Of a stretch of 64,000 bases of DNA, positions 28,734 to 43,058 are shown piece after piece; position 1 is the first letter of the stretch; each line of letters begins with the position of its first letter. The position numbers were made by a program, and so were the translations under genes. The notes below the pieces were generated by a model. It had not been told where the DNA came from. It made no database searches and saw only the letters and a program-made list of their open reading frames with translations. This DNA is from Octopus vulgaris (lineage: Eukaryota), in contig OX597832.1 in assembly GCA_951406725.2 (NCBI GenBank), positions 59,396,001 to 59,460,000 of the forward strand, given 5' to 3'.

Positions 28734-29117
28734 ATTTCTAGGTTCCATTCCGTTCGCAGTTTTCCTGCGCTGGTTCACAGTTAGGTGTTCTAACTGAACT
28801 CAGAGAGCACCAGTTATACAAAGTGAGAAAGACTTGAAAAGGTTATGGGTGCTGTCCTTTATTTCTAGGTTCCATTCTGTCCACAGTTTTCCTCATTGGT
28901 TCACGGTCACGTGTTCAAACCAAACCTAGAGTGCATCGTTATACAAAGCGAGAAGGACTTGAAAGGTGATGGGCGCTATCCTTTATTTCTAGGTTCCATT
29001 CTGTCCTCAGTTTTCCTGCGTTGGTTCACAGTTACGTGTTCAATCTAAACACAGAGAGCATCAGTTATACAAAGCGAGGAGGACTTGAAAAGGTGATGGG
29101 TTCTGTCCTTTATTTCT
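28734..29117. repeat. Tandem repeat, 3 x ~126 bp
   Basis: Units start ATTTCTAGGTTCCATT at 28734, 28861 and 28985, with a partial ATTTCT at 29112. Confidence 0.95.
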
Positions 29118-29602
29118 GTGGACAACTTTATAACAAAGAAATATTAAAGCACAAGAATTTGAACGCAACACACCGCTTTTAACATAAGACATTGAATCAT
29201 TGGCCATAATTATGTCAGGAGTGACCAGTTCATTAATTATTCATTGTTGAATTATTGTCTGGATAGCACAGTTGAACGGTAAATGTCTTATAATCCATTC
29301 TCATAGAAATAGCGTGGAAACAGAATCGTTAGAGCTTTGGGTAGGGGGTCATCTTGCTTTGATTTCAAATCCCGCCCAGGTCAAATTTTACTTCAGTCCT
29401 TTTGGGTTCAATAAGTATAAGACAACTTCAGTACAAGGTTTCACACTTCAAACCCCTTTACATCCCTCTCTCTCTCCCGCCCCACGCTCTCTTTTCCCCT
29501 CTATCTCTCTCCCTCCCCCTGTCTCCTCGCCTCCTCTCTTCCCCCTATTTCTCTTAATCGTTGCATATATTTATATGCTTATATATATATATATATATAT
29601 AT

Positions 29603-29844
29603 AATGGGACAAGAACGCAAAACATCCAAATAGACGATACAAAAAACACGGACGGGTCATTCGAAGCCTTTAATCTTCAGTCAAGAAGATTAATTTCGGC
29701 TGATTAATCTTGAGATTGCTCCAATCTGGCCAGCCCCAAGGAAAGACTAAGCTAAGAGTATTAGAGTCCTTGGAAAAAGGATCGAATGTATACGAAACAA
29801 GGACAGAAGAACGGACGATGTTACACGAATATAAATACAAAAAC

Positions 29845-29928
<84 letters not shown>

Positions 29929-30417
29929 CAACAGGCGTCTTTCGACTAGAGACGAATTGAATTCAGCTGGCGTGTTGAGAATTAAGCCTTACGGCAGACG
30001 AAAGGAACGATGTTACCGTGTCCGTGGTCCGACGCAAAAGGGCTAGTAGTCGGCCACTGGTCACGTGAGAAGAGAAGATTGGAAGAGCAAAGGAATTAAG
30101 GAGGGGGAGAAGAAAGAGAGCGCGTAGAACGAAGAATCAAGGATTGGCGAGAAAAAGAAAGATAGTGACAGAGAAGTGCAAAGTAAAAAAGGCAAAGAAA
30201 TGTGAGAGAGTGAGGAGAGAGAGTGTGTTGAAGTCGTACAAAGTTTAGTGAAATATGTTCTTACATATAAGAGAACAAAGTGTACGTACGCCGCTATGTA
30301 TATATATAAAAAATACAAAATGGGACAAGAACGCAAAACATCCAAAGAGACGATACAAAAAACACAGACGGGTCATTCGAAGCCTTTTAATCTTCAGTCA
30401 AGAACCGGATCATCCTT
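29603..30417 (-). mobile_element. PLE/retrozyme-like family P element (~716-nt unit with ~85-bp terminal direct repeat) carrying a permuted hammerhead-like motif
   Basis: 29603-29686 is repeated at 30319-30404; the motif lies at 29665-29748. Relatives occur at 43160-43282, 53466-53920, 58812-59245 and 59355-59620. Confidence 0.75.
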
Positions 30418-31176
30418 GTTTCAGGCATTCGACTGCGGCCATGCTGAGGCACCACCTTGAAGAATTTTAGTCGAATAAATCGACTCCAGGATTTTTTTTA
30501 AGGACTTATTCTATGGATCGCTTTTGCCGAACCGCTAGTTTACGGGGACGTAAACACACCAACACAGCTCGGCAAGCGTTGTAGCAGGAACAAAAACAGA
30601 CAAAAATTTATGCACGTGCGTACACGCACACACTCAAACACTCATACACAAACAGACATGTACATATACACAATGCGTTTCTTTCAGTGTCCGCCTCCCA
30701 AATCCATTCAGAAGGCTTTGGTCGACCCGATGCTGTGGTAGAAGACACTTCCCAGGGTGCAATGCAGTGGGGCTGAACCCGGAACCATGTGATTGGGAAG
30801 CAAGCTTGTTACCACTCAGCCACACCCAATAAAAGGTGAGATAGTCAAAGCTGGAACGGCTTTTATTACAGATTAACTTCCACGTATCGGATCCGAAGCT
30901 GAAGAAACGACTACCGAGAAAGATAAAGTAAATACCAGGCAACGACTGGATCAGAAGAGGCGAAGGACCAATGTGTGAAATATTATTTCAGCTGGATTCA
31001 GTTTGACGAGATGGACGTTTGAACTTCGACCTGTGCGCTGTTGACTGTTGACACCGTAAGAAATAGAGAGAACGATTGAGAGAGAGAGAGAGGGAGAGAG
31101 GAACAGAGAAACAGAGATAGATAGATATACATATAAATATATATATCACATTAATTATATACATATATATACATAC

Positions 31177-31237
<61 letters not shown>

Positions 31238-31571
31238 TCGGGGTTAACCACAGTAAGTAATACTCAATACATAGCAGAGTAAAATTAATTTATTATATAG
31301 AAGGACTTTATTATATTTATTATATAGAAGCTCCTTCTATATATATATATATATATATATATATGCATATGTTTATATCTATGTATATGTACACTTACAG
31401 ACGTGCTATACATAATATATATGTATGTGCATGTGTACGCACGCATGGATATATATATATATATATATTATGTATATATACACATATAAATACACAACAT
31501 ACATACTTATATATGCAGGCATTCATGCACGCACACACACACATTCACACACACGGTCACACATTCACCCC

Positions 31572-31635
<64 letters not shown>

Positions 31636-31978
31636 TGTCCCCCTTTATGCATTCGCCATAACTGCATCCATCTCCGCAACAAATTCCAATAAAGTCCAGC
31701 GAAAAATAACTGATTACGGAAATTCATATCGAGGTGCGAAGGGCAAGCTGTGAAAAAGAAAGAGAGAAGAAATTCTTTGGCGCGGGGAGTGGGGGGGGAG
31801 ACGGATAGTGTCGTTCGGAGAAGGTCTTCTGGGATGTAAAAGGCGACATGACCCTGCCATTGCGCCCGATGACGGTTGGTTCGTTCGCTGACACCAAAAC
31901 TTTTATCATGCAATATTCATCGGGCAGAGGAATTCATCAGGTGGTGGATGAAATATCGACATTAAGGAATAAGAAACT

Positions 31979-32094
<116 letters not shown>

Positions 32095-32201
32095 ATGCAT
32101 ATATATATATTTGTATATGTATATATATATATACATATATATATATATGTATGTATATGCATGTATGTATATATATATATATGTATGTATATGCATGTAT
32201 G

Positions 32202-32266
<65 letters not shown>

Positions 32267-32787
32267 ATATAAATATATATATATATATATGTTTGTATGT
32301 ATGTATTATATGTACGTATAAGTACGTACGTATATATATATGAAATGCGAGGAAGGAAAAAAAGGGGCGAAGAGAAATGAAGAGAGAAGGGAAGGAAGGA
32401 AGGAAGGAAGGAAGGAAGGAAGGAAGGAAGGAAGGAAGGAAGGAAGGCAAGAAAGAAGACAGAAAAAATAGAAGGTGGGGGAAATGTGTGTATGACACGT
32501 TGTATAAAGATGATAGATAATATACGATGCTCGGGGATTGTAGGATGAGGAAATATGGCAGCCAATAACATATACTGCAGTCGTGAACGACATCATCATC
32601 GTCGTCGTCGTCGTCGTCATCAACAGCAGCTGTAGCAATAGCAACGCCGTCGTCATCGTCGCAGCAGTCACCGTCATCATCGTCATCATCATCATTATCT
32701 TCATCATCGTCGTCGTCGTCGTCGTCATCATCATTATCAACTGCAGCAGTGGCAGGAGCAAAAGTCGTGGTCCTCGTTGCAGTCAAT

Positions 32788-32818
<31 letters not shown>

Positions 32819-32876
32819 CCACCATCACCACCACCACCACCACCAACACCACCACCACCACCACCACCATCACCAC

Positions 32877-32929
<53 letters not shown>

Positions 32930-33029
32930 ACATCGACTTGGGTCGACTCGAGGCTCTAGTAGAGTACACTTCCTCGGGTGCAATGCAGTGGGACTGAACC
33001 CGGAACCATGTGGTTGGGATGCAAGCTTG

Positions 33030-33069
<40 letters not shown>

Positions 33070-33685
33070 AGTTTCTTTTTCCTTTATTTCGATATTTCAT
33101 CCACCACCTGATGGATTCCTCTGCCCGATGAATATTTATTATCATCATCATCATCACACACACACCTCTTCGATTACCTCCCCCCCTCCTCATCCATCAG
33201 CACCGCAATCTATCATCATTGTCATCACCACCGGCATCGCCAAAGCTATCACCACAGGCAACGCAAACACCACCAACATCACCACCACCACCACCACCAC
33301 CATCTTGGTTACGGTCCGCATTTTCATCTCTGAAATGCATTCAGCACGGCTGCTGCAGTCACCACGACTACATCTTACCTGCCACCTCTACTCACATCCT
33401 CACTTGCAACGATGGAAACACCTCCATTACAAACGGACATTAAAGATTATACAGTTCGCAACACCACTGGTTCTTAACCATATTTTCATCTATGGACCCC
33501 TTTCACTCCCTATTTTATTCAAATGGACCCTTATAACCATTCGATGTTTTAAAAACTCCTCTTATCATTTATATTCTACTTGTTTCAGTCATTAGGACGG
33601 GGCCATACTGGAGCACCGCATCGAAGAATTTTTAGTAGAATGTATCGACCCTAGTACTCACTTTATTATTATTATTATTATTATT

Positions 33686-34068
33686 GTGGAGGCGCAATGG
33701 CCCAGTGGTTAGGGCAGCGGACTCGCGGTCATAGGATCGCGGTTTCGATTCCCAGTCCGGGCGTTGTGAGTGTTTATTGAGCGAAAACACCTAAAAGCTC
33801 CATGAGGCTCCGGCAGGGGATGGTGGTGATCCCTGCTGTACTCTTTCACCACAACTTTCTCTCCTCTTACTTCCTGTTTCTGTTGTACCCGTATTTCAAA
33901 GGGCCGGCCTTGTCACTCTCTGTGTCACGCTGAATATCCCCGAGAACTACGTTAAGGGTATACGTGTCTGTGGAGTGCTCAGTCACACGTTAATTTCACG
34001 AGCAGGCTGTTCCGTTGATTCGGTTCAACCGGAACCCTCGTCGTCGTAACCGACGGAGTGCTTCTATC

Positions 34069-34070
<2 letters not shown>
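33686..34070 (+). mobile_element. SINE family C (tRNA-derived head), full length, inserted in (ATT)n
   Basis: Head GGAGGCGCAATGGCCCAGTGGTTAGGGCAGCGGACTCGCGGTC..GTTTCGATTCCC. Near-identical copies at 54271-54654 and 63578-63942. Confidence 0.9.
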
Positions 34071-34120
<50 letters not shown>

Positions 34121-34121
34121 T

Positions 34122-34590
34122 CTAATTCTCTCTAAAGGAGACTACGACAGTGGTACTGGATATTAATAGTTATCGCCAAGCTAATATGGCAGTCCAGAAA
34201 AATAGGACGAATGTTGTTGTTGATTAGCTCCAAGAGGCCATCGCCTCTACCTACCTATGTGACACACAAACCTGTGTCTATTATAACCTTCGAATAGGGG
34301 AGGTCAGCAGCTTCCTCTTGCTAGTCTAGCGCCCACAGATTAGTTTCGAGATGGTTGCCTCTTATCAATGTGGAGTAGCCGAACCCAGGAGGCGTCGCTT
34401 CTGACCGACTGTTCGAAGGATTATTTACCTAAATTCAGTGGAATACATCCATTGGCTTTCAAAAATAGAAACATCATTATATCTAAATCTCTCTAAAGGG
34501 GACTACGGCAGTGGTACTGGATACTAATAGTTAAGAGGCAACCACCTCGAAACTAGTCTGTGGGTACCAGACCAGCAAGGGGAAGCTGCT
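34122..34590 (-). mobile_element. PLE-like element: 361-nt unit with direct repeat, hammerhead (34333-34373) and terminal inverted segment
   Basis: 34122-34172 is repeated at 34483-34533. Minus strand reads ccaca TTGATAA gag gcaaccat ctc GAAA CTAA TC tgtgg. Bases 34532-34590 are an inverted copy of ~34306-34364 and read GAAACTAGTCtgtgg. Confidence 0.75.
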
Positions 34591-35612
34591 TCTTAAACTA
34601 CACAGCCATCCCGTCGATAATATCCTTCTTATTTCTTTACTGCCTACAAGAGGCTACACACAGAGGGGACAAACAAAGACAGACAAACGGATTAAGTCGA
34701 TTATATCGACCCCAGTGCATAACTGGTACTTATTTAATCGACCCCGAAAGGATGAAAGATAAAGTCGACCTCGGCGGAATTTCAACTCAGAACGTAGCGG
34801 CAGACAAAATACCGCTAAGCATTTTGTTCCGCGTGTTAACGTTTCTGCCAGCTCGCCGTCTTTCTTCTGCCATAATATCCTTCTGCGTGATAGTATTTGT
34901 CATTATTTGTTTTAGTTATTAGATTACGGCCTTGCTGGAGCATGGCTGTAATCTAATAACTGTCTGGTAAAGACACCAACACCAGTTGGCAAGCGGCGGT
35001 GGAGAACACAGACACAAACAAACATACACACACTATATACAAACACATACACATAAACATGCACACAAACATATATGTATGTAAATATATATGTGTGTGT
35101 GTGTAGAGAGAGAGGACACTATTTTTTCGTACACCAGATCCACTCACAAGGCTTTAGTCGGCCGAAGACCATAGCAAAGGAAATACTATACAATGCAACT
35201 GAACCGGGAACTATATGTTTCTGTAAACGAGAACTATAAGCGAGTTGCTTACCACACGGCTACACCTAGGCCAGTTAATATAAAAATATAAATATTCGTT
35301 TCGTCGTTATTGAAAGAGTTAATATCGAAAGCAACATATACAATTTGCTTCTCACATTACCTTTCACCATTATATATTTAAAAAATTTAGTATTTTCATG
35401 AATATAAGTACATTTAAAAGTATTCATCGACCACAGAGGAAACAAAAAACAAAAACAAAAGGTTTCTAATGAAAGATTTATCTCCCTTACGCTTCAGCAA
35501 TGCTGTCACGCTCAAATGAGCTTGGCGTCGCTTTGACGCTAAAGTTTCCTCATAACCATAGCAATATACAAACTTTCAACTATATAGGTATATATGTATG
35601 TGTGTGTGTGCG

Positions 35613-35650
<38 letters not shown>

Positions 35651-35854
35651 CGAGGATATACATAGATATTTATTTATTAGTGCGTGTGAGCACATGTAGT
35701 TATATATGTATGTCAGTACGTATGTGTCCGTGCGTGCGTGTGTATGTAGTTATATCGATATGTCTATATATATCTACACTACGAAATTTAAAATGTCATT
35801 TCTCACTTTCTATAAATCTCTCTATGTATATGTATGTGTGTGTATGTGTGTATG

Positions 35855-35887
<33 letters not shown>

Positions 35888-36348
35888 GTATTAGTCTTAA
35901 ACAAGAATATTATTGGCAGCGACTTCGAAGTTTCGGTCATTTAAGCCAGCATTGCACTTCCCATATATACTGGTGCGTGTGTATAGATATAGATTACACA
36001 CACACACACACACACACACATACACACACGGGCATATACATATATATATACACACATATATACACTCTCACAGACACACGCACACATATATATACACACA
36101 CACATACATATATATATACACACACATACACACACACACATATATATACACACAGACACAGACACACTTATATATACACACAGGCATACACACACATATA
36201 TACACACACATATACACACACACACACATATATACACACACATATACACACACAGACACACACACATATATATACACACACACATACACACACACACGCA
36301 CACACACACACTCACGAATATATATACTCACGCACAGACAGATATATT

Positions 36349-36407
<59 letters not shown>

Positions 36408-36804
36408 AAATATGTCTGCATTCGTAATGGTGGATCGGGTATTTTGTGAATAAATTGGCGTGATGTTGACATGTCTGTCGGTCTTAATCATAATGCACAT
36501 AAAACTCACGCTAGCACACGCACGCATATTCGTAGCTAATTGTCTTGCGCACGTATTATGAAAACAACGATGTAATTCATTGTAGCCATTCAATATGGCT
36601 ACTTCCCCTCCAGTTTTTGGCTAACGTTTCACTAATAGCTGTAGCAATCCTTTTGGTGGTTCTGTGTTAAATAACCGCCAACACAGCGTGAGGACATTGC
36701 AGCTGTGTAAGCAAAACTGACGCCTCTTACGCTTCTATCGTATCGACCACTGCCAAGTATTTCTGCGCAAAAGTACAGACGGATAGATCGTGGGCATATA
36801 TAAT

Positions 36805-36861
<57 letters not shown>

Positions 36862-36864
36862 ATA

Positions 36865-36929
<65 letters not shown>

Positions 36930-36974
36930 ATATATATATACATACATATATATGTATACGTATATATATATGCT

Positions 36975-37099
<125 letters not shown>

Positions 37100-37356
37100 A
37101 ATATATATATATATATGCCTTGGGATATATGTATATACATATGTGTATGTGTGTGTGTGTGTATGTCAACATAACATACTTAGGCGCATATATACATGTA
37201 TGCATCCGTACATATTCAGGTGAAGCACACGTTTTCTGATATACGAAATTATACAAAACACACGGAGCTACAGCACGGATTATATATGTACATACAAAGG
37301 CATTTCAATAATTCATGTACGTGTAAAGCTTATGTGAATAAATGGATATATATATC

Positions 37357-37406
<50 letters not shown>

Positions 37407-37452
37407 GATATATATATATAAAGAGAAAGAAAGTGAGAGAGAGATAGGTAAG

Positions 37453-37627
37453 TAGGTAGATAGATACTTGCATACATACCTATATCCATACATATATATA
37501 CATACACACATGTGTATGTATATGTATGTATGTAATGTATGCATGTATGTATACAAAGCCTTGTGAATGAAGTTTGCTGGCAGAAACTGAAAGAAGCCCG
37601 TTGTACACACACACATACACACACACG

Positions 37628-37658
<31 letters not shown>

Positions 37659-37670
37659 GTGTGTGTGTGT

Positions 37671-37709
<39 letters not shown>

Positions 37710-37868
37710 TGTGTACAACGGGCTTCTTTCAGTTTCTGCCAGCAAACTTCATTCACAAGGCTTTGTATACATACATGCATACATTACATACATACATATA
37801 CATACACATGTGTGTATGTATATATATATGTATGGATATAGGTATGTATGCAAGTATCTATCTACCTA
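37453..37868. repeat. Near-perfect inverted repeat (~175-bp arms, (GT)n spacer)
   Basis: TAGGTAGATAGATACTTGCATAC..AAAGAAGCCCGTTGTACAC versus its reverse complement ending GCAAGTATCTATCTACCTA. Confidence 0.92.
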
Positions 37869-37970
37869 AAGTACCAGCTAAGTACTGGGTTCGATCAAAT
37901 CGACTATCCCCCTCCATGCAAATTTCAGGCCTTGTGCCTATAGCAGAAACGATTATGAATATACACTTAC

Positions 37971-38015
<45 letters not shown>

Positions 38016-38097
38016 ATCCAAACATGAAAACGCAACGTGAGTACGTGGAACAGGTCTGGTGTTATTGGACGCCCAGGAAATGAAAGAAAGAAGGACG

Positions 38098-38132
38098 ATT
38101 TAACGTTTCGAGCGGAGCTCTTCGTCAGAAAC
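38098..38132 (-). ncRNA. Minimal type I hammerhead (family H1, intact core)
   Basis: Minus strand reads gttt CTGACGA a GAGC tcc GCTC GAAA CG TT aaat, with a palindromic ACGT stem III. Confidence 0.7.
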
Positions 38133-38224
38133 ATAGAAAAAGGAAAGATTCAAGGAAGGGAAGACGGAGAAAGAAAATCGCCAACGATACACACGCGGTC
38201 ACCCCCCACACACACACGCACACA

Positions 38225-38258
<34 letters not shown>

Positions 38259-39263
38259 GGTATGTATAAGTGTGTGTATATTGATGTGTGTGTATATATA
38301 TGTGTGTGTGTATGTCTGTTTGCGTGTGCGTGTGTGTATGTATGTGTCTGTGTTTGACTACACGACCGCTTGACAGTTAGTATTGGTTTGTTTACCTGTC
38401 CGTAACTTAGCGGTTCAGCAAAACGCACCAACGGAATAAGGCCAAGCTTAAAGAAAACGTACTGGGATCGATTCCTCCGACCAAATTTTCTCCCAGGCTG
38501 TGCCACAGCATAACCGCTATGAAATGACGGAAACAAATAATAGATAAAAGATACAAGTGTCGTTGTGCTGGAGTTTGTATGTCCATTCTATCGCTTAACA
38601 CCCGGGTTCGGATTGTTTATGTCCCTGTTAAGTATCTGGAAATGAGGCTGATGTCTGAAGTGCCAGATTTAAAATTACTAAGTGTTCCGTTTCTTCTATT
38701 CAGTGCTTCAATTTATACTCGTAATATTAAGATAAAGAACTTGGCATATCCATGAAAGCATTTCAATGAATCCGTCAGTTCTAACATTTTGTTAAAATCT
38801 TGCAATGGTCCTAAAATGTTATACTTCTCTGGTATACATAAGTAACAACTTTTCGTGTAATTATACGTTTCTGTAACGAAGCAGTCCATCTCTACATTAT
38901 GTTATGTAAGCATGTATTCATATATTACGTCAACAGACACCTGCACACATAACCGCAGTCGCACTCACACAAGCCTGCATAAAATACCTCCTAGGAATAT
39001 TCTAGAAAATTTGCCTGAAGATATGATAGTTTATAATTTTAAAATGCAGTTGAAGGTTTTCTGCCGCTTGTATATCCCAAGACGTGAGTATGTGCATGCG
39101 TGCGAGTATACAGTTGTGTCAGGTGATTTTGTGATCTTTTATTTGTGTGTGCATGTGTACACATTTGGATGGCTTTATCTTCATTTCCATTCTCTTCTCT
39201 ACTTTACTTTCTCCACACTTTTTTTTATTTCTCCTCATTGTTCTTTCATTCTCTACCTTGCCT

Positions 39264-39312
<49 letters not shown>

Positions 39313-39416
39313 TATATAATTACATATATATTTATGTATGTATGTATATATAAAATATAAATATATATATATATGTATATATAATATATGAATATATAAA
39401 TATATGTATATGTATA

Positions 39417-39745
<329 letters not shown>

Positions 39746-39923
39746 TGCTGTTTTTCTCACAAACGGTGCCCAATTAACCCTACGATACTGTGTATTCGAC
39801 AAAATTAAAAACAAAGAATGCACATACGTGAAATTAAAAATATGAAATGGTGACAATTTACCCATCGCACGTTCGTGCGTCTTTGTGCGTGTGAGTGTTT
39901 GTGTATGTGTGTATGTGTGTGAC

Positions 39924-39964
<41 letters not shown>

Positions 39965-40290
39965 CTGTAGGTATGTATATGCATATATAAATACACAGGA
40001 TTTATCTCTAGAATTTCCTTCTCTCTTTGTGCGTCTGTAATTATTCTCACCACAATCGTTCACAACCGATGTTGGTGTGTTTAAGTTTCCGTAACTTAGC
40101 GGCTCGGCAAAGAGACCGATACAATAAGTATTGGGCTTACAAAGAATAAGCTCTGCGGTCAACATGTTCGACAAAAATCGTAGTTTCCCCAGCATGGCCA
40201 CAGTCAAATGACTGAAACAAGTTAAAGGATAAAAAATAAAAGAATATATATATATATATGTATATATATATGTATATATATATATATATG

Positions 40291-43058
40291 ATTGATTGAT
40301 TGATTGATTGATTTTAGTTTCAGCTTATGAGCCGTGGCCATGCTGGGGCACCGCCATTTGGTGTTGCTACTTGGTTTCACTTCATGGGGGCTTTCTAGCA
40401 ACTGCTATTTGGTGCATGAGAGAGTTCGATGCAGCTGCCCTCATCTGCCCCTCCTGCCGTGAAGTTGGTTCATCTGGGACACCTGACAGGAAGAGATCCA
40501 GCTTCATTTTAAAGACATCTGTATCCACCCCATGCAGGTCTCTCAGGTTCTTCGGGAGGATATTGAAGAGCTGTGGGCCTCGGAAGCCCAGGCTATCACA
40601 GAATCTTGTCCTACATCTTGATGGCAGGTTTGGAGTCCTAGGCACCACGCAGTGGCGCCCAGTTCTGGCATTTGCGTAACTCTCGATGCCAAAGTTCAGG
40701 ACACTTCCCTCCAGGATCTTCCAGATGTATATTATGGCATATCTTTCCCGCCTACGCTCCAGGGAATATAATTTTAATCTCTTGAGTCTTTCCCAGTAGC
40801 TTACATTCTGCATAGAGGCTATCTTCTTCGTGTAGCTTCGTTGGATCGCCTCAAGTTCTGTGATCAACTTGACACTGGATGGTGACCATAGCTGAGAGCA
40901 ATAGTCAAAGTGGCTTAGGACAAGTGTCTTCCAGAGGACCATCATGGTTTCTTGTTCTCTTGTTCTAAAGGTTCTAAGAATCCAGCCAGCCAGCCGTCTA
41001 CAATTCATTGTCAGTTTAGCAACATGTACATGAAAGGTCGCGTCATCACTCATGTGAATACCCAGGTCACGCACTGATTGTGCCTCTGGGATTGCAATCC
41101 CTCCGGGTCCAGTGTATTCATTGGGTATTGCATTCAGTTTTGCATGCTGATAGTATAAAGCTTGAAACTTTCCAGCATTGAACTGCATGCTATTCTTTTC
41201 AGCCCACTTGTATATTTCGTCCAGCTCACATTGCAGGTGTTTAGTGTCCTCAGGGTTCTGTATTGCCTGTGAAACTTTTGTATCATCTGCATAACTTGTG
41301 ATCGTGGATCTCTGCGTGGCTGAGGGCATGTCTGAGAGGGCCATTATGAACAGTAGTGGTCCCAGAACAGTGCCCTGCGGAACACCGCTCACTATTTGTG
41401 TGTTAATGGAGGTGGCCCCATTGGCTACTACCACCTGACTTCTATCCTTCAGAAAGTCATGAAGCCATTCTCCCAGTTTTCCAACTATGTTGAGATCACG
41501 CAGTTTGTGACATATCATTCCATGATCGACTTTATCAAAGGCCTTTGCAAAGTCGAGATATATCACTTCCACATTTGAGTGGTTGAGCAGCCGTTTCAGC
41601 ACCCAGTCATAGTGTTGTAGGAGCTGAGTTAAACAGCTTCTCCCTGGTCGGAAACCATGTTGGGTGTCGGGCAGCAAGTCATTCTCTTCAAGGAAGGTGA
41701 TCAGCTTCCTTCTGACTATTCGTTCCATGACCTTGCTGATGTGTGAGGTCAGAGAGATAGGTCTATAGTTCTTGGCTTCCGCTCTGCTACCTCCTTTATG
41801 AATGGGGCATATTTTACCTTCCTTCAGTTTTCCTGGAAGTTTGCCAGCTGCAAGGAAGCTCTGAAAGAGGAACTGCAGTGGTCTTGCTAGGACTCTCTTA
41901 CATGCTTTTAGGAGGATTGCCGGGAATCCATCGGGGCCAGTAGCTGAGTCTGTTTTCATTTCATCTATAGCCTTGGTTACATCGTCTTCCTTTATATCGA
42001 TGTAATCTATCGTCGCCGCCTCTGATTTTATATCTGCAGTGGTAAAAAAGTCAGTTGGATTGGTGATTTGGAGATGCCCAAGGGGTGGAGTGAAAACACT
42101 CTTGAATTGCTCATTCAGTATTTCACTTACCCTCATTGGTTTTCCTGTAAGTGTGCCATCCTTTTCGAGGAGTGGCCCTATTCTACAGTGCACTGTAGCT
42201 GTTTCTTTGGCATATCTGTAGAAAGCTCTGGGGTTAGATTTTATGTTTTCTATAGCCCAGGCTTCTTTGTCTGCTCTTTCTTTTTCATGGGAGAGTTGCA
42301 GACATTTTTCGATTTCCAACAGTTTTATTTTTAGGCGGGACTTTTCACTGCTTTCAATCTGTTTGTTTAGGCGATTTGAAAATTTCGTACGCCGTCTCAT
42401 TAAAATTTTCCTCTCTCTGGGGATTTTGTTCTTGTGTACAGTGGCCTTTCTCTCTGGGACACATTTGTAGCATATGGCTTGCATTACAGACATGAATTGT
42501 TGAAGTTTCACGTCGATGTCTGGCGAGGAGAGACATTTAGGCCAGTTTTGTTTGAGGATCTCTTTCTCAATTTGTTTCCAGTTTGCCTTATGGTAGTTCA
42601 AGCTGGAAAGATTTTGAGGGTTTCTTGTAGGCTGCATGTCCGTGCTCTCTTTTGGCCCGTACATGGTCAGCTCTATCATGTTGTGATCCGAGAGTAGTGT
42701 CGGTGTCACTTTCACATTATGGATGAGATCCATGTCATTTGTGAAGCAGAGATCCAGTGTGTTACCTGCCCTGGTTGGTTGGAGTATTACCTGCTCCATG
42801 TACAGGGTGTTGATGAGGTTCAGGAGGGACCTCGCCTGTCCTCGTTCACATCTTGTCATTCCTGGGAGAGAAAGGCCCTCGGGCCATCTGACATTGGGCA
42901 GATTGAAGTCTCCCATAAGAAGCACACCTATGTGTTGTTCTAATGTGGTTAGAATTTCTTCTATTTTTATAAGGCAGTCTTCAAACTTGCCCACATGGCT
43001 TGGGGCATCTGGAGGGCGATATGTAGCACACACAACTACATCAAGTTGCCTAATATGT

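Noticed and set aside
28734-29117. CRISPR-like array
   Set aside because: Whole units are homologous, there are no unique spacers or cas genes, and the context is eukaryotic.
33686-33760. tRNA-like sequence as a tRNA gene (also the heads of SINE A and 9045-9115)
   Set aside because: There is no complete cloverleaf, and the sequence is always fused to a SINE body present in multiple copies.
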